A program made the position numbers and the translations under genes. Below, in pieces: positions 48,301 to 59,727 of a stretch of 64,000 bases of DNA (position 1 is its first letter; each line of letters begins with the position of its first letter). The DNA is from Phallusia mammillata (lineage: Eukaryota), in assembly GCA_965637545.1 (NCBI GenBank), contig OZ281499.1, positions 8,680,001 to 8,744,000 on the forward strand. Direction: 5' to 3'. Under the pieces are notes generated by a model. It saw nothing but the letters and a program-made list of their open reading frames with translations. It ran no database searches and was not told the DNA's origin.

Positions 48301-49656
48301 GTGGATGTTTTAAAGATTTTATTACCAATAGGGCTGGCCTACCAAGTAAACAAGTTGATAGACCTCTTCTGGCAATTGCCATACAATTTCCAGAAGGGTT
48401 CTTTAAACTTGATATTATACCAGGCAGCAGCAATAGCTTATTAACTATCAAGTAAACCTTTAGACAGAAGTGCTGGTCGTGAGCCAAATTAATAATTCAG
48501 CGTTTGTCCAAAACATAAGCCAATATTTGCACATAAATTTATTATTCCACCAGTTTGTTAAAAATGAAGTAAAAATATTAGGAATATTTTGCACAAACCA
48601 AAATTGGCAACTAACCAAAAATTGGAAAGAATTTTATATATCTATACTCGCAATATTACGTCCAAATTTAATAATCGCAAACTTTGGCCAATTGGACAAA
48701 TAACGAATACGTTAATAATCCAGCAAATTTTATTTCTAGTGCGACCCTTTCCTCCTCCCCAAAACACAAAGAACTGCATTCCAATTTTTCTGGCGCCCGA
48801 ACAACATAGAACAGTTATCGAGAGAGAATTGAATAGCGCGAGTTCATAATGGCGGATTAAAAATACCCGATTTACAAAATCTAGTTAGAAAAACTTCGTT
48901 ATTTAATAAACGCAGGTAAAACTAACAAAATATGGCAACAATAAGCGATCTACAACTTAAGTTTTAAACTACGAACCATCAAACCAACTTTTCTAAATAC
49001 ACAAAACCTAGCGCTTGGAAAATGTATGATTTAGCAAAATGAAAGCTTGAGTTAATAAACAAAAACAAAAGGTTTTCCATAGCAAGACTCACAAGCTTAG
49101 TTTGCAAAATTACGTATAAAAATCATCCTAAATATGAAACAGCAACAATTGCAGTTTGTGACATTACTGACAATGCGAAAAAACACATTAAGATTGTGTG
49201 CAAACAATTGCCTTTTGTTACTGTTTGTGTACAAAATATTTTAAAACCTACTTTGAGTTGTGCTTAATTATTCGGCAGAGATACTAGCACAATAGCTCAC
49301 AGCACACAAGGTTTGCTACATACCGATGAATAGGGTAAAGTGCGCAGTGATTAAAAAACAGCAGTGAGGCTGGGATAGGGTTATGGACTAATTTTCTTGG
49401 GATTTTGTTTCATTTTATTGTTATTGTTATTGCTTTGCTCAACATCGGTATTCAGCAATTCTGTACTGTTAGGTCCTGTATTAGTAACTCTACCTCGATG
49501 AGCTAATTACAGTTTGTACATGGAAAGGCCAATACAACTTATTAATGGATCAAACATAAATACTAGCCTGAAGTTTCGACAGAATTTTCCAAACTTTTCT
49601 TTGAATTTTATCAACAGCCTTCGGTTTCTGATAAATCTTCTTACATTGATATGATG
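42388..49656 (-). CDS. FUT8: Alpha-(1,6)-fucosyltransferase-like (GT23 plus SH3), 5' partial; exons 49656-49568, 48288-48045, 47094-46839, 45131-44958, 44322-44175, 42720-42388
   Basis: Spliced translation gives LQ|NPENCKSARKLIC..CGHGCLIHH..GTNRT, RPLSETC, HWWIGHVLAYITRLQP, KKLGF, LHIRRSDK..EA, VFLATDEP, QDIQLLSDCQDFVGTLSSN|VGRLVYALM, LDDDY and a C-terminal SH3 (GYFPADKI). All are FUT8 family motifs. The transmembrane and stem exons were not found. The protein is divergent and may be a paralogue. Confidence 0.85.
43063..43619. mobile_element. hAT/Charlie-type MITE inserted in a LINE-tail copy, 557 bp
   Basis: TIR CAGTGGTCTTCAAC / GTTGAAGACCACTG and exact TSD GGTTAGTG. Confidence 0.9.
45350..46881. 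repeat. Near-identical tandem duplication of a 478-bp unit (45350-46398, carrying an insertion, and 46404-46881)
   Basis: Direct sequence identity. The unit contains a 148-bp MITE (46480-46627; TIR CAGTGGTGGGATTCA; TSD TATATACC/TATATACT) and the last 43 nt plus donor of a FUT8 exon. Confidence 0.92.
45491..46056 (+). mobile_element. Probable solo LTR, 566 bp
   Basis: TG...CA ends, CCAG 4-bp TSD defined by the empty site in the duplicate copy, TATA-like CTATAAATA near 45778 and an internal 38-bp direct repeat. Confidence 0.75.
47351..47777. mobile_element. Degenerate hAT-type MITE
   Basis: CAGTGTTTCACAAC / GTTGATAACCACTG ends with GGGTCGCG subterminal motifs. The TSD is imperfect. Confidence 0.6.
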
Positions 49657-50175
49657 CTGAAAGCGAAAACATTGCGATTATAAAGCAAAATGTGACCACT
49701 GACGAACTTTATGATCAATAGTTATGATGGCAAAACTAGTCCTAAACCTAATATGGTTAAGAGACTTTAAAAGCCGTTCAGCCATATTTTTTCACATTTT
49801 TGAGTAAAAAAAAATAAGAAAGAAACATAAACCGACAATCCTATGCATGTCTTACATTTGGTGCAACTGTTGAAAGGTCTTTCGTATCTGCAAAACATAT
49901 ATGAAAGGTATTTGTTTCACTATACGACTACACCATCTTGTTTGTACAATTTGTCCAAATAATGTAACTTCTGTTTGAATGGTACCCAAGTTGATTTTAC
50001 AACTTCGTGTTTTTCTAGGTCTTTGGAAGTTAATTGCAAATGTATGAGGAAAAATAAAAGTACTGAAAGTTGTTTAAATTGCGTACAAAATAAGGACACA
50101 AGTCAAAATGAAAACTGTAACTTGTAATTTAACCCACTTCTACTGCAAAAAAGAGCAGTCACCAACGATTATCGC

Positions 50176-50765
50176 GACCAACTATTCAATCTTAGAGATA
50201 TAATGAAAAAGCCACTGGAGTACAACAGGCCATTACATCTGTGCTTTGTCAATTACATGAAGGCCTTCGACTGTCTTAACCACCATCGGTTGTGTGAAAG
50301 TCTTTATTTGGCTTATAAAATCCCTGCACGAGCATCAAACAGCGACAGTTCAAACTGCAGCAGGACTTTCCCGTAACTTTCTGATGCAAAAAGTTTGTGT
50401 CTGACGGGGTTGTGTGGGGAATGTGTGCTTTCCCCACTTCTTTTCAATTTGTACAGCGAAAAAGTCAGGCATAAGTCAATCCAAGGGTGAAAATGGTGGC
50501 ATTGACCATGGTGGAAAAAAGCTGCCTAATCACTATATGCAAACGATACAGTCCGACTTTCTGTTGGAAATACATAGCGAAAAAATGGGTCTGCTTATAC
50601 ACAGAAAGAAAACGAAAGTTATGGTAGTAGTAAAACGTCCCATAACAAGTGCTATTGTAACATCATAGCAGTATTTTAGAACAAGTAGGTAGTTTCACGT
50701 ACTTGGGACCAAGCATAGGTGATTCTGGAAGGGACTCCCCAGAAATCAGTCGAAGGCTGCAATTG
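50176..50765 (+). pseudogene. Decayed non-LTR reverse transcriptase fragment (RTE-like)
   Basis: Frameshifted pieces read DQLFNLRDIMKKPLEYNRPLHLCFVNYMKAFDCLNH, GECVLSPLLFNLYSE, YANDT (YADD), GLLIHRKKTKVMV, EQVGSFTYLG and EISRRL. Confidence 0.85.
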
Positions 50766-52683
50766 ATGCAATCGTTTGAAGGTCTTTCGTATCTGCAAAA
50801 CACCATCTGGCGGTAATTTGTTTGACTACGACTATAGACATTTTGTTTTTACAACTTTTCCAAATTACTATAAATCCTGATTCGCCTGAAACCGAACCTT
50901 TTACAAACACAAATCTAAAGCGTTAAACGTGTCCTTTCTGCTTGGTGAGATATTACGCAATCTTGCATACCACAAAGAATATCGCCATAATTGTTATTTT
51001 TTCAAAACATTATCGTTTTTCCCACTGTAGACAAAAAATCAGTAATTCATTGGAAGGTTGCCAATCATACTTAAGGCAATTTTAAACACCATTAATTTAA
51101 ATGATGACGAAACACAACTAGTCTGCACTAATTGCATGGTAGATAAACATTTTTTCATCTTAAACGCGTAGCGTACGACTTCGCGTGACGTCATAAATGA
51201 TTCGGCCGAATTTATTCAGCAAAACCGGCGAGTATCCGGTTTCGGCAGAATCGAAATTTGGCCGATTCGGTACATCACTAGTTTAAACATTATTGTCAAA
51301 AAAATGTTTAATGTCCTGTTCCTTTTTGAAAAAACTTACTATTACAAACGTTGTATTGGTCGTAAACCACATTCACCTAACAGTAAAATCAGCAAACCAG
51401 CATAAACGTTGCTGGAAAGACTCAAAATTAATCAACAACTGACAATTTTAAGAGACACTATCAGTGGCGGCTCGTGCCTAAAATTTGTGGGGGTGCTGCT
51501 CAAAATTTTAGCCTTTATTGAACATATATAAGTTGGCAATATATAGAAAACCTACATTTATAGTTTTCCAGCCATTGTTTTGTGTGGAAAAACAAGTAAT
51601 ACAAATCTTAATTAGAAACTCCATTGTGACGTAATTTTTGTTACGCAATAATGTACACGAGTGTAAATAGCAGACGGCATCATTTGTGTATTTTGTTTAC
51701 TTGCACAGCGACGGCTGAACTGTTTAGTCTAAACACCATAACATGCAGTAATAATGTGGAACAAAAACACACGTGACACAGACTCGAAACTAAGCGGTTG
51801 TAAATACGGTAAAACACAACAAGAATATAGAAAAAAAAGTAATGATTCGAAAAAGGTCGAAGTATTTCAGTTCGACAACATTTAAAAAAATGGTCATATT
51901 TCATTCAAGTTACCTTATGGTCACAGTCAGCGTTTTCAACATATTATATGACACTTCACAGATTATAATTGTCACACAAAAAACTAGCCATACAGCTGTT
52001 TATTGGTATCATAACTGACAAATTTAACAACCACTTTACATTTGTGTCAGAACTTGTTTATTTTAACATCTTTTTTTGAATTTTTGTGTACAGACTATTA
52101 TTTGTCTTTCAGATTTTTAACTGCTATAATTGCTGCTTTATTTGCTGGCAAATAGCTTATAATTGCTTTTTTAAGTGCAAAACTCCTTCAAGCTTTAAAA
52201 TTTACAACACTCTCACTTAAATTTAAACCATATTATTAAACCTTGTGCTTCCTTTTTACAACCAAAATGAATCATAAAGTTATAGTTTGGGCATGATAAT
52301 TGATAGCTTCTTCCTTGATTCCAAATGACAACTGAGAAACTGTTTTTCTATTTAGTAGTAGCCTACTAGCACTGCAGGTGCAAGTCTTTTGGAAATAATG
52401 GTGTTCCTAACAAAGGTTTGCATCCAAACTGTTTTGCCTTTGAAAGACTCATGGAAACAGCAAAAATGATTTTTCATCCTAGTAATTTCACTTGTCAAAA
52501 CATCATCTAGATTATTTTCAAAGTAATCATGAACATCAGATCTACAGAAACATTTTCATTTCAGTAACTAGTATTTCTTTGTCAACAATAGGATGTGCTT
52601 GGTGGTCACTACTATCTTGTCTGTAGAATGTTCATTCTTAAGAAACACTTCCTGTGAAGCAATTTAGCAGCTACTGTTTAGAC

Positions 52684-53618
52684 CAGGGGTTCCCAACCTT
52701 TTTAGGATCTCGTACCACTTGGACGCTCTGTACTGCCATGCGTACCCTGTACTGCCATGCGTACCACTTCTTGCAGAACGTCTAACTTAAACGAATCATA
52801 TTTTATTCAGAAAAAGAATGTTAGCCTACTAAAAGAATAGCAAAGCACCACCACCAAATTTAATGAGATTTTTGTTTTTGTTTATTGTCTACCAATTGGT
52901 CGATGCGTGGTGTAAACTTGGTAACAGCGCATCGAAAGTTGAGATGAAACCATATTTTACGTATGCAGTATCATACTTTCGCTTGGACATGATGATACAA
53001 GGTTGAGTAAAAAATGTAACAAAAGTAAATACAAAATAGCCAAATCTACAAATGTGACAGTCTAAAGTTGTTCACAAAATGGTAGTTTTTAGTTCAAATT
53101 TAGTTTATTGCATTTTTGCTGCTCACGTTCCTGCATTGTCACTTTACCACCAGTATCGGTACTTTCATAAAACTAGCCTACGAGGAAGCATAAACCACCT
53201 CTTCAAATGTAATTGTTATTAAACATTTTTTCGGTCTATTTTTAGCTTACAACTAGCATTATTCGGAGCTATTTGTAGCTTAAGCTAGAAAACAGTAGAT
53301 CATATCTTATCAAGAGCAATCATTTGACATAATTAACGCCCACTGCCCTACAGCGTTGCCTTTCGAAGCAACTGTACTTCTTGTTGACAATTGACATTAC
53401 AGGTATTTTGAAGATCGTAATAATACGAAACAACAGGAATAGTTACGTAACAATAACAATAGGCTTGGAGAATTTTTTTTGTAAACAAAACCAGACAATC
53501 AAAATATAAAGCTATAAATCGAGGTTTTTCTGAAAAAGAAACGGAATCCACTCGCGTACCACCGGGAAGACCTTCGCGTACCACTAGTGGTACGCGTACC
53601 ACCGGTTGGGAACCCCTG
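52684..53618. mobile_element. hAT/Charlie-type MITE nested in the larger hAT, 935 bp
   Basis: TIR CAGGGGTTCCCAACC / GGTTGGGAACCCCTG, exact TSD GTTTAGAC and CGTACCAC subterminal repeats. Confidence 0.92.
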
Positions 53619-53653
53619 GTTTAGACAAACAGTACATATCCATTATATCAATA

Positions 53654-54219
53654 CTCATCTTTTTCATCATGTCCACGTAAGGTAGTTTCAAAGTTTCCAC
53701 AGAACAAAATGCAGTCTATTATTTTGGACAAAATTTCATGATTTTTTTCCTCTTTTTTGTTGTGTTCAATAATTGAAAGTCTATATACGCCTCACTAAGT
53801 TTTTCCCTAATATTTACAGTTCCCAAAAGTGAAAGTGAAACATCATTGTCCACATGCTTCTTTGACTTCTCATGTTTTTCTGCTTTCTCACCTATTTTGG
53901 CTACATTTGTAAAACCATCTTTTGTCCAGCACTTTTCATCACCTCCAAACTGCAAAAATGGAAAACAGAACAGTGCATTTTTAACTTCACAACCACGAAG
54001 CCATTTTTTCTTTTGATACCATTCAGAATTAAAACTGCGTATATATTTCTTGTTGTGGCTCATTCCTGGTTGACAAAGTTGAATATCAGGCGTTGGACGC
54101 CCTTTTTTCTTTATACTTACCTTTTCAGCACTTGATAACTGCGAAATCTTAAGTTGCTGAAGCTCACTTACAGTCACCGAATTAGAATCTTGAAAAGCCA
54201 TGATTAACCTTTCAATCAA
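53654..54219 (-). pseudogene. hAT transposase N-terminal remnant (TTF-type zinc finger plus start of DUF4371)
   Basis: RSFNSEWYQKKKWLRGC..KNALFCFPFLQF..WTKDGF..EKHEKSKKH, then after a frameshift ILSKIIDCILFCG...LRGHDE. The catalytic core is absent. Confidence 0.85.
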
Positions 54220-57154
54220 AAACTGTAAAAATGATTAAAAAAGAATAACTGTCGTACTGTACTCATTGTCGAACCTGATGGTTTAGTGATTTGCTTTGGC
54301 ACACAATAAACGCGGAACAGACAACTACTTCCGGGTGCCCAGATCACACGCTACGTGATTGGTGGAGCTGCGCGAGCCGCAGCACCCTGGCTCCTATTTC
54401 GCCCAGCATGTAGCTTTTCAAAGTGCGCATGCGCAGAACCGCAAAACGTCATGAAACGTCACGAAACGTCAGAAAACTGGAGCTGCAGTTCCAGCATAGA
54501 TATACATTAGTGTTTCCAAAAAAAATTTTTTTTAATGAAAAAAAAGGTTATTAGGGCGGAAATTATGCTTATTATATATTGATAAGGAATAAAAAAATAA
54601 AAATAATGAAAGTTATTTGTAATATTATGGTAGGTTTATTAAGTAAAAATATCTAGGGGGTGCTGCAGCTCCGCAGCACCCTAGCACGAGCCGCCCCTGG
54701 ACACTATTGTAAAAACGCCTCAAACCTCGAGTTATTTTCCACGCTGGACTTTTGAAGGTATGACATGATTTAATATAACCCTGCTGCAATAGAGCTATTT
54801 GCGGAAACATTATGTGAAACAAAACTCGGTTTAAACCTGGGTTAACCTCATTTTGGAGTTACACTTTTGTTTTCTGTCAAGTCATTAATCTGTGTTAAAA
54901 AAGCTCATTTCTACCTCATGCCAACTCAATGACACGATTTCTCCCACATAAATGTTTGTGTAAAACATGGTTAATCCATAAAATCATATCTAAAAAACTA
55001 AACTAAAGCATGCAGGTCCTATTTAAGTTAAATAGATGCCGATTATCACACTAGCTCTTACAGTAAAAGTAGCTGTATGTCATTAGGGTCATGAGGTTTT
55101 TGTATTGGTATCCCCACATACTAAATTTACATGCCTCGTACTGCCAAATCACCATTTTTCTTTTGATGTAAGTAGGCCTAATGTAAGTTAGGTACAGGCA
55201 GTGTTTCGAATTATAATGTCCCATTAGTGCAGCTTGTGACTAAACGTTGACTGTGCATGCTAGTCTGATTGTTGTAATCTAGTTTCTTGGGATAACAGGC
55301 TGACACTCTTAGCCTTGTCACTTCTGCTGGAAGCAGTATTGGACTTAAGCCACAATGGAATACACCAAATGTGGTAACATTCGATTTTGGCCGTTTGCAA
55401 GCCGAAACAATGTAAACTGGATTCAGCTAATTTATCATTATCCTGGCCCAATATATACTGGCCTTTATAAAAACTCGTAGCCCCCAATTAAGGACCTGAA
55501 ACAGTGTATAGGTAAATGTTGACAAACTTAAATGAATTGTGCGTTGACAACATAAATAAGCTCATCAAAATCAAGTCGCGAATTGATCTCATCCCAACTT
55601 AAATTTACCTTATTTATGACAAAGTATGGCTTGGTTAAACCTTATGACTTGTTTACATTAAATATAAGATGTTGTATGAAACATGTACTATACGTACCTC
55701 TCAGCTTTTGGCACAACTAATGCATATTGCGACACGAAAATTATAAAAGTAAGTAGAGATAATACCAGTGGAAGAAGTGGCTTCAATTTCATTTTTTACA
55801 ATATCAAATTAAATTTAGCAAATCCTCTATGCCAGTTGAACAGTTAAAACGAAATTTAAAAAACCTAGTTAGTCCTGTTGTCTAGGCAAGCCAAACCAAG
55901 CAAAACTGCTTCGGATCAAACGAAAATAGTTTGTTCTGCATGTTTTTCGGTTCACGCAGGAGGACAGATCCACACAGGATTTCCATCCTGCTTATAGCGT
56001 ACGCCCACAAGCGGAGATGCTGCATTTGGATTGCATGTAAATCTTATACGCCCATTGTGGAGGTGTAAAGCAAACAAGACAAAAGAAAACATATGATTAC
56101 AGGTTCCTATATTACAATTTGAAACCATTTTTTGACTCTGCTAACCAATTTTTAAAATTGACCTTCGTGACTTGATTTAAACGTACCTTTTTTGAAGAGC
56201 TAATGTGACAATTCGGCATGTATTTGACTCAATTAAGGCATACATGGCTTAGTGTGTTAGATCTAACTTTAGTGATTTACCTTTTTGACAATAATTAAGA
56301 ATATTTTACCCAAACATCTCCATTAGAAACATTGTTACATCCTATTTGGCAGTAATTGTCGATTTCTATTGATTCCGCATTTCCTCAGTACAACTTGTGT
56401 TGCATTCTATTGCGTTGTGTGACGTAATAATCGACTGGCAGTTTTATGTGAAACGCAACGTCGTTTGGTTCTTTCCCTTGCTGACTTCCGTGGAGCACGG
56501 TGCTGCGGCGGTTGAATTAGAAAAGGCTGTTTATTGTCGTGTTGACGATTATTGGTGAGTCACTTTGTACGTATGTGTTTAATGACTCCAAAATGTGAAT
56601 TATTATATAATGAATGCGAACGTAACTGCAATGACCTAAAGTGTCATTTCGCTTTGTAATAGTTGTACTGTATGAATAGTTGGGTTTAGACAAGGTGCTT
56701 AAGTTGTATTTTATTTATGCAGTATTCCTGTTTTCTTCTCACGTAAAGCGTGACTTATTTCTGTACTGTCGCCAAACAAAGCTTGGTAAGAACTGTGTGT
56801 GACGTCATAAAGGCGCATTGTGTGACGTATGTTTTGGTGTGTACCAGTAATTGGTGCGAGTTGAATACCCGTGATATTTACTCTCTCCGGTTACCACAAC
56901 AGTTGGTAAGATCTGTATTTCTGCATTTAAAGCGCAGTGTGTAAATTTCATCCTTATGTGGAAACCGTTTACTATTCGTTTTCCATCGTCTCCTACCGTC
57001 CTCTTTGTCCTGCATTCAAAGAATTCGCCCAATAAGATCAGCAAAAACACCTATCTGTGTGGACTGCTTGTTGGAGGCCTTTAGGATTCGCGTTTCAATT
57101 TTCTCCTCGTGTGACGTTCCGCGCTATAACCGAGGCGCGTTCCAGGACGTTACA

Positions 57155-57430
57155 TGAAAGTTTCAACTGTTCGTTGAACAGAACATTACGGTTGAAATTA
57201 AGTTTCGACTGTGTGTTGAAGACAAATCTACAGTTGAAAGAAAGTTTCAACTGGTTGTTGAAATCGAGTTTCAACTGGGTGTTGAACACAATCTGCAGTT
57301 GAAATCAAGTTTTAACTGTTCGCTGAACAGTAGTTTACAGTTGAAAGAAAGTTTCAACTTTGTGTTAAGTTTACAGTTAAAAGAATATTTTAACTGTTTG
57401 CAAAAAGCAAGTTTCACCGTTTATTGAATA
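57155..57430. repeat. Degenerate tandem array of about 42-bp units with palindromic TTCAAC-N5-GTTGAA cores
   Basis: About 8 AGTTTCAACTG-type motifs alternate with CAGTTGAAA. Confidence 0.85.
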
Positions 57431-57437
57431 TTTAAGC

Positions 57438-58281
57438 CAGGGGTCACCAACCCTATGTCCGCGGGCACCTGGTCGCCCGTTGGATCATTTCCAGTCGCAC
57501 GCGGCCTGGTTCTAGAAATAACCAGTTGCCCCTCTAGTTTACACAAAATGTTGCGCCTTATGAGGGATCTATTAAAAGTAATGCAAGACGTTTATCTAAC
57601 CATGGGCAATTATTACTTAACAAAGCATTGTGCAACAATTATGACATTCGACTGTTACGTCCTACGCGTGGTAATAAATGGCAGTTGGTGAACAAAGTGG
57701 TACTTGGAACGCCGTACGCTAAAATGTTGTAGATCAGGGGTTTTCAACACACGGGCCACATGTGGCGCTCCATGAGTTTTTGTTTGGTCCACAAAGCATT
57801 CAAAATTAAAAGTTGCGTTTGACTAAGGGGCAAGTGTAGATGATAGATGTCCAACTCAAAGTGTGAGTTACTAAAACGAGTGAAAGCAGTACTTTTTTGA
57901 AACACAATGTTAAGCATAAAATGATGACAAAGCTGCGGCGACTGTTTTTTACAAAACCTAAGTTTTTTAAATTTAAGATATGTAGTGTACTGAGTTGTCG
58001 AAATAACGACAACCCAACGGAACCAACCCCATCGCGACCTAGTGTAGGAATGTCCAGGACCACACAGCTTCATTTTTAGTAGGACTAGTAATAATGTTTT
58101 AAAATAAACTGGGCCATGTGTTTGTTTGAAAATCATGACATGCGAATTCGAACAATGCCACATAACAATTTCTATGAACACATTGCTTCAACATGATTTA
58201 CTTATGTTTTGAACTGATAGCCCTCCAGCTATTTGGTTATCTTATGGTAGCCCTCGGGTTTCAAAAGGTTGGTGACCCCTG
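57438..58281. mobile_element. hAT/Charlie-type MITE in the leader of BEL element A
   Basis: TIR CAGGGGTCACCAACC / GGTTGGTGACCCCTG and TSD ATTTAAGC / ATTTAGGC. A further CAGGGG end at 57735 suggests another nested insert. Confidence 0.85.
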
Positions 58282-59727
58282 ATTTAGGCGGTCGAAGATG
58301 AGCCATTTAAACATTACAACTCCTAAAGCGGTCGCTGATTGTCATCGACGTCTAAGTGAACAATACCTATTCGCCGAGTGTCTGATGAAGGACCACCGCA
58401 ACAAGCAGGTGCTCGAGACGGTTTTGGTTGCGCTTGAACATCTTATTGTCGATGCTGTTGTTGCCTACGAGGCGCATCCCGGTCTTGCGGACGAACCAGC
58501 AAGCGTGAGGAAAAGCAAGGCCGAATTCGATAAGAGTCCACGGGACAACGACTCTTTCTGCGGCGAAGTAGGCGCTCTAGTTCTTCTACTAACAGTAGAA
58601 CGAGAGTTAAGGTAACCACACAGCTCGCGCGTCTTGCTATTCAACAGACGGCGCAGGAGCTGGCCAGACAGCACGAAGGAATGAAACACAACTTGGAGAT
58701 GCTAGAACTGCAGCATCAGCTACAAGCTGCAGAGGTTGAAAGGAAGGTTTGGGACGAGATGTCAGGAAACACGGAGTATACGTGACGGTGAAGGAAGGTG
58801 AGAAGGAGAAGCCTTTGGAGGATCAATGTCGCGTATTGTTCACGTCGCAGCGAAGCCCTCCGGACCAGCGGTATGTAGTTGACTGTAGTGATCCGCCTAC
58901 GTCCCTGTCTCAATATGCGCCTAAATTTAGGTCTTCGTTTAACGAAAAAGGTTCTTTCACCACAGCAAAGCCAATTGTAAATAATTCTTGTTTGTATGAT
59001 TCAGTCACGCCAAATGGCGTGCATGACAATGGGATTGCATCGCTTGTGAAGCACATAATTATACCAAAGCCCAAAGTTCTCCATTTTGACGGTAATCCAA
59101 TTGACTATTGGAAGTTTGTTTGCAATTTTGATTCTCGTATCGGCGACAAGGTCGATCACGATGGTGCCAAATTGTCGTATTTGGCGCAGCATTGTGACGG
59201 CAAGGCCCCTAAACTAATTGAACACTGCTTTAGACTACAGGAAAACGGGTACCAACAAGCGAGACAGTTACTGTACGACCACTTTGGCAAGTCACATATA
59301 ATCGCTTATGCACGTGTAAGATGTGTTGTCAACGGTCCAGACTTGCGACCCCACGATGCTGCTGGTTTAAGCGAGTTTGCACAGTCGCTGCGCGATTGTT
59401 TACTTACACTTTCAGACATTGACGAGCATTCCGAGATAAATAATTAGAATAAAATGAAAACCAGTGTGCAATTCAAGCAAAGACATTATTAGTTGCCGTT
59501 GCCATGGCACCCGAACGCACAACCGCTTCGGTGCAACCGGGACATAGCGCTAAACCGTTTGGGCTCTTTGCAACGTCGCCGTGATACGCGATACAAAGAC
59601 GGTACAAGGTTACATAGCTAAAGGCTACGCCAAAGTAGTTCCAGATGAGGAACAGTCTACACAGGCAGTATGGTACCTGCCGCATTACCATGTTACAAAT
59701 CCACACGAGCCCGGTAAAGTGCGGGCA

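Larger units (their letters stand above)
51462..54699 (-). mobile_element. Internally deleted hAT DNA transposon, 3238 bp including a nested MITE
   Basis: 16-bp TIR CAGTGGCGGCTCGTGC / GCACGAGCCGCCCCTG, exact TSD GACACTAT (51454-51461, 54700-54707) and a transposase remnant on the - strand. Confidence 0.93.
56333..59727 (+). mobile_element. Decayed BEL/Pao LTR retrotransposon A: putative 5' LTR (about 56333-57154), repeat array, gag remnants (58298-59447), deletion, pre-RT fragment (about 59455-59727)
   Basis: DUF1759-type gag IPKPKVLHFDGNPIDYWKF..AKLSYLAQHCDG and pre-RT LPLPW..NR.IAL.RL..GYAKVV..WYLPHYHVTNPHEPGKVRAV. The LTR ends GACGTTACA. The LTR start is uncertain. Confidence 0.8.

Noticed and set aside
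49320-49510. Hydrophobic + strand frame or Asn-rich - strand frame as a FUT8 membrane exon
   Set aside because: It lies between the LQ and NP exons, and splicing it in phase 0 meets a stop. The hydrophobic frame is on the wrong strand.
55260-56130. Upstream FUT8 exons or another small gene
   Set aside because: Short frames exist on both strands, but none has a recognisable motif or consistent splice phases.
57155-57430. CRISPR-like look of the palindromic array
   Set aside because: The repeats are degenerate, the spacers are only 4-22 nt and resemble each other, there are no cas genes, and the context is a eukaryotic retrotransposon leader.
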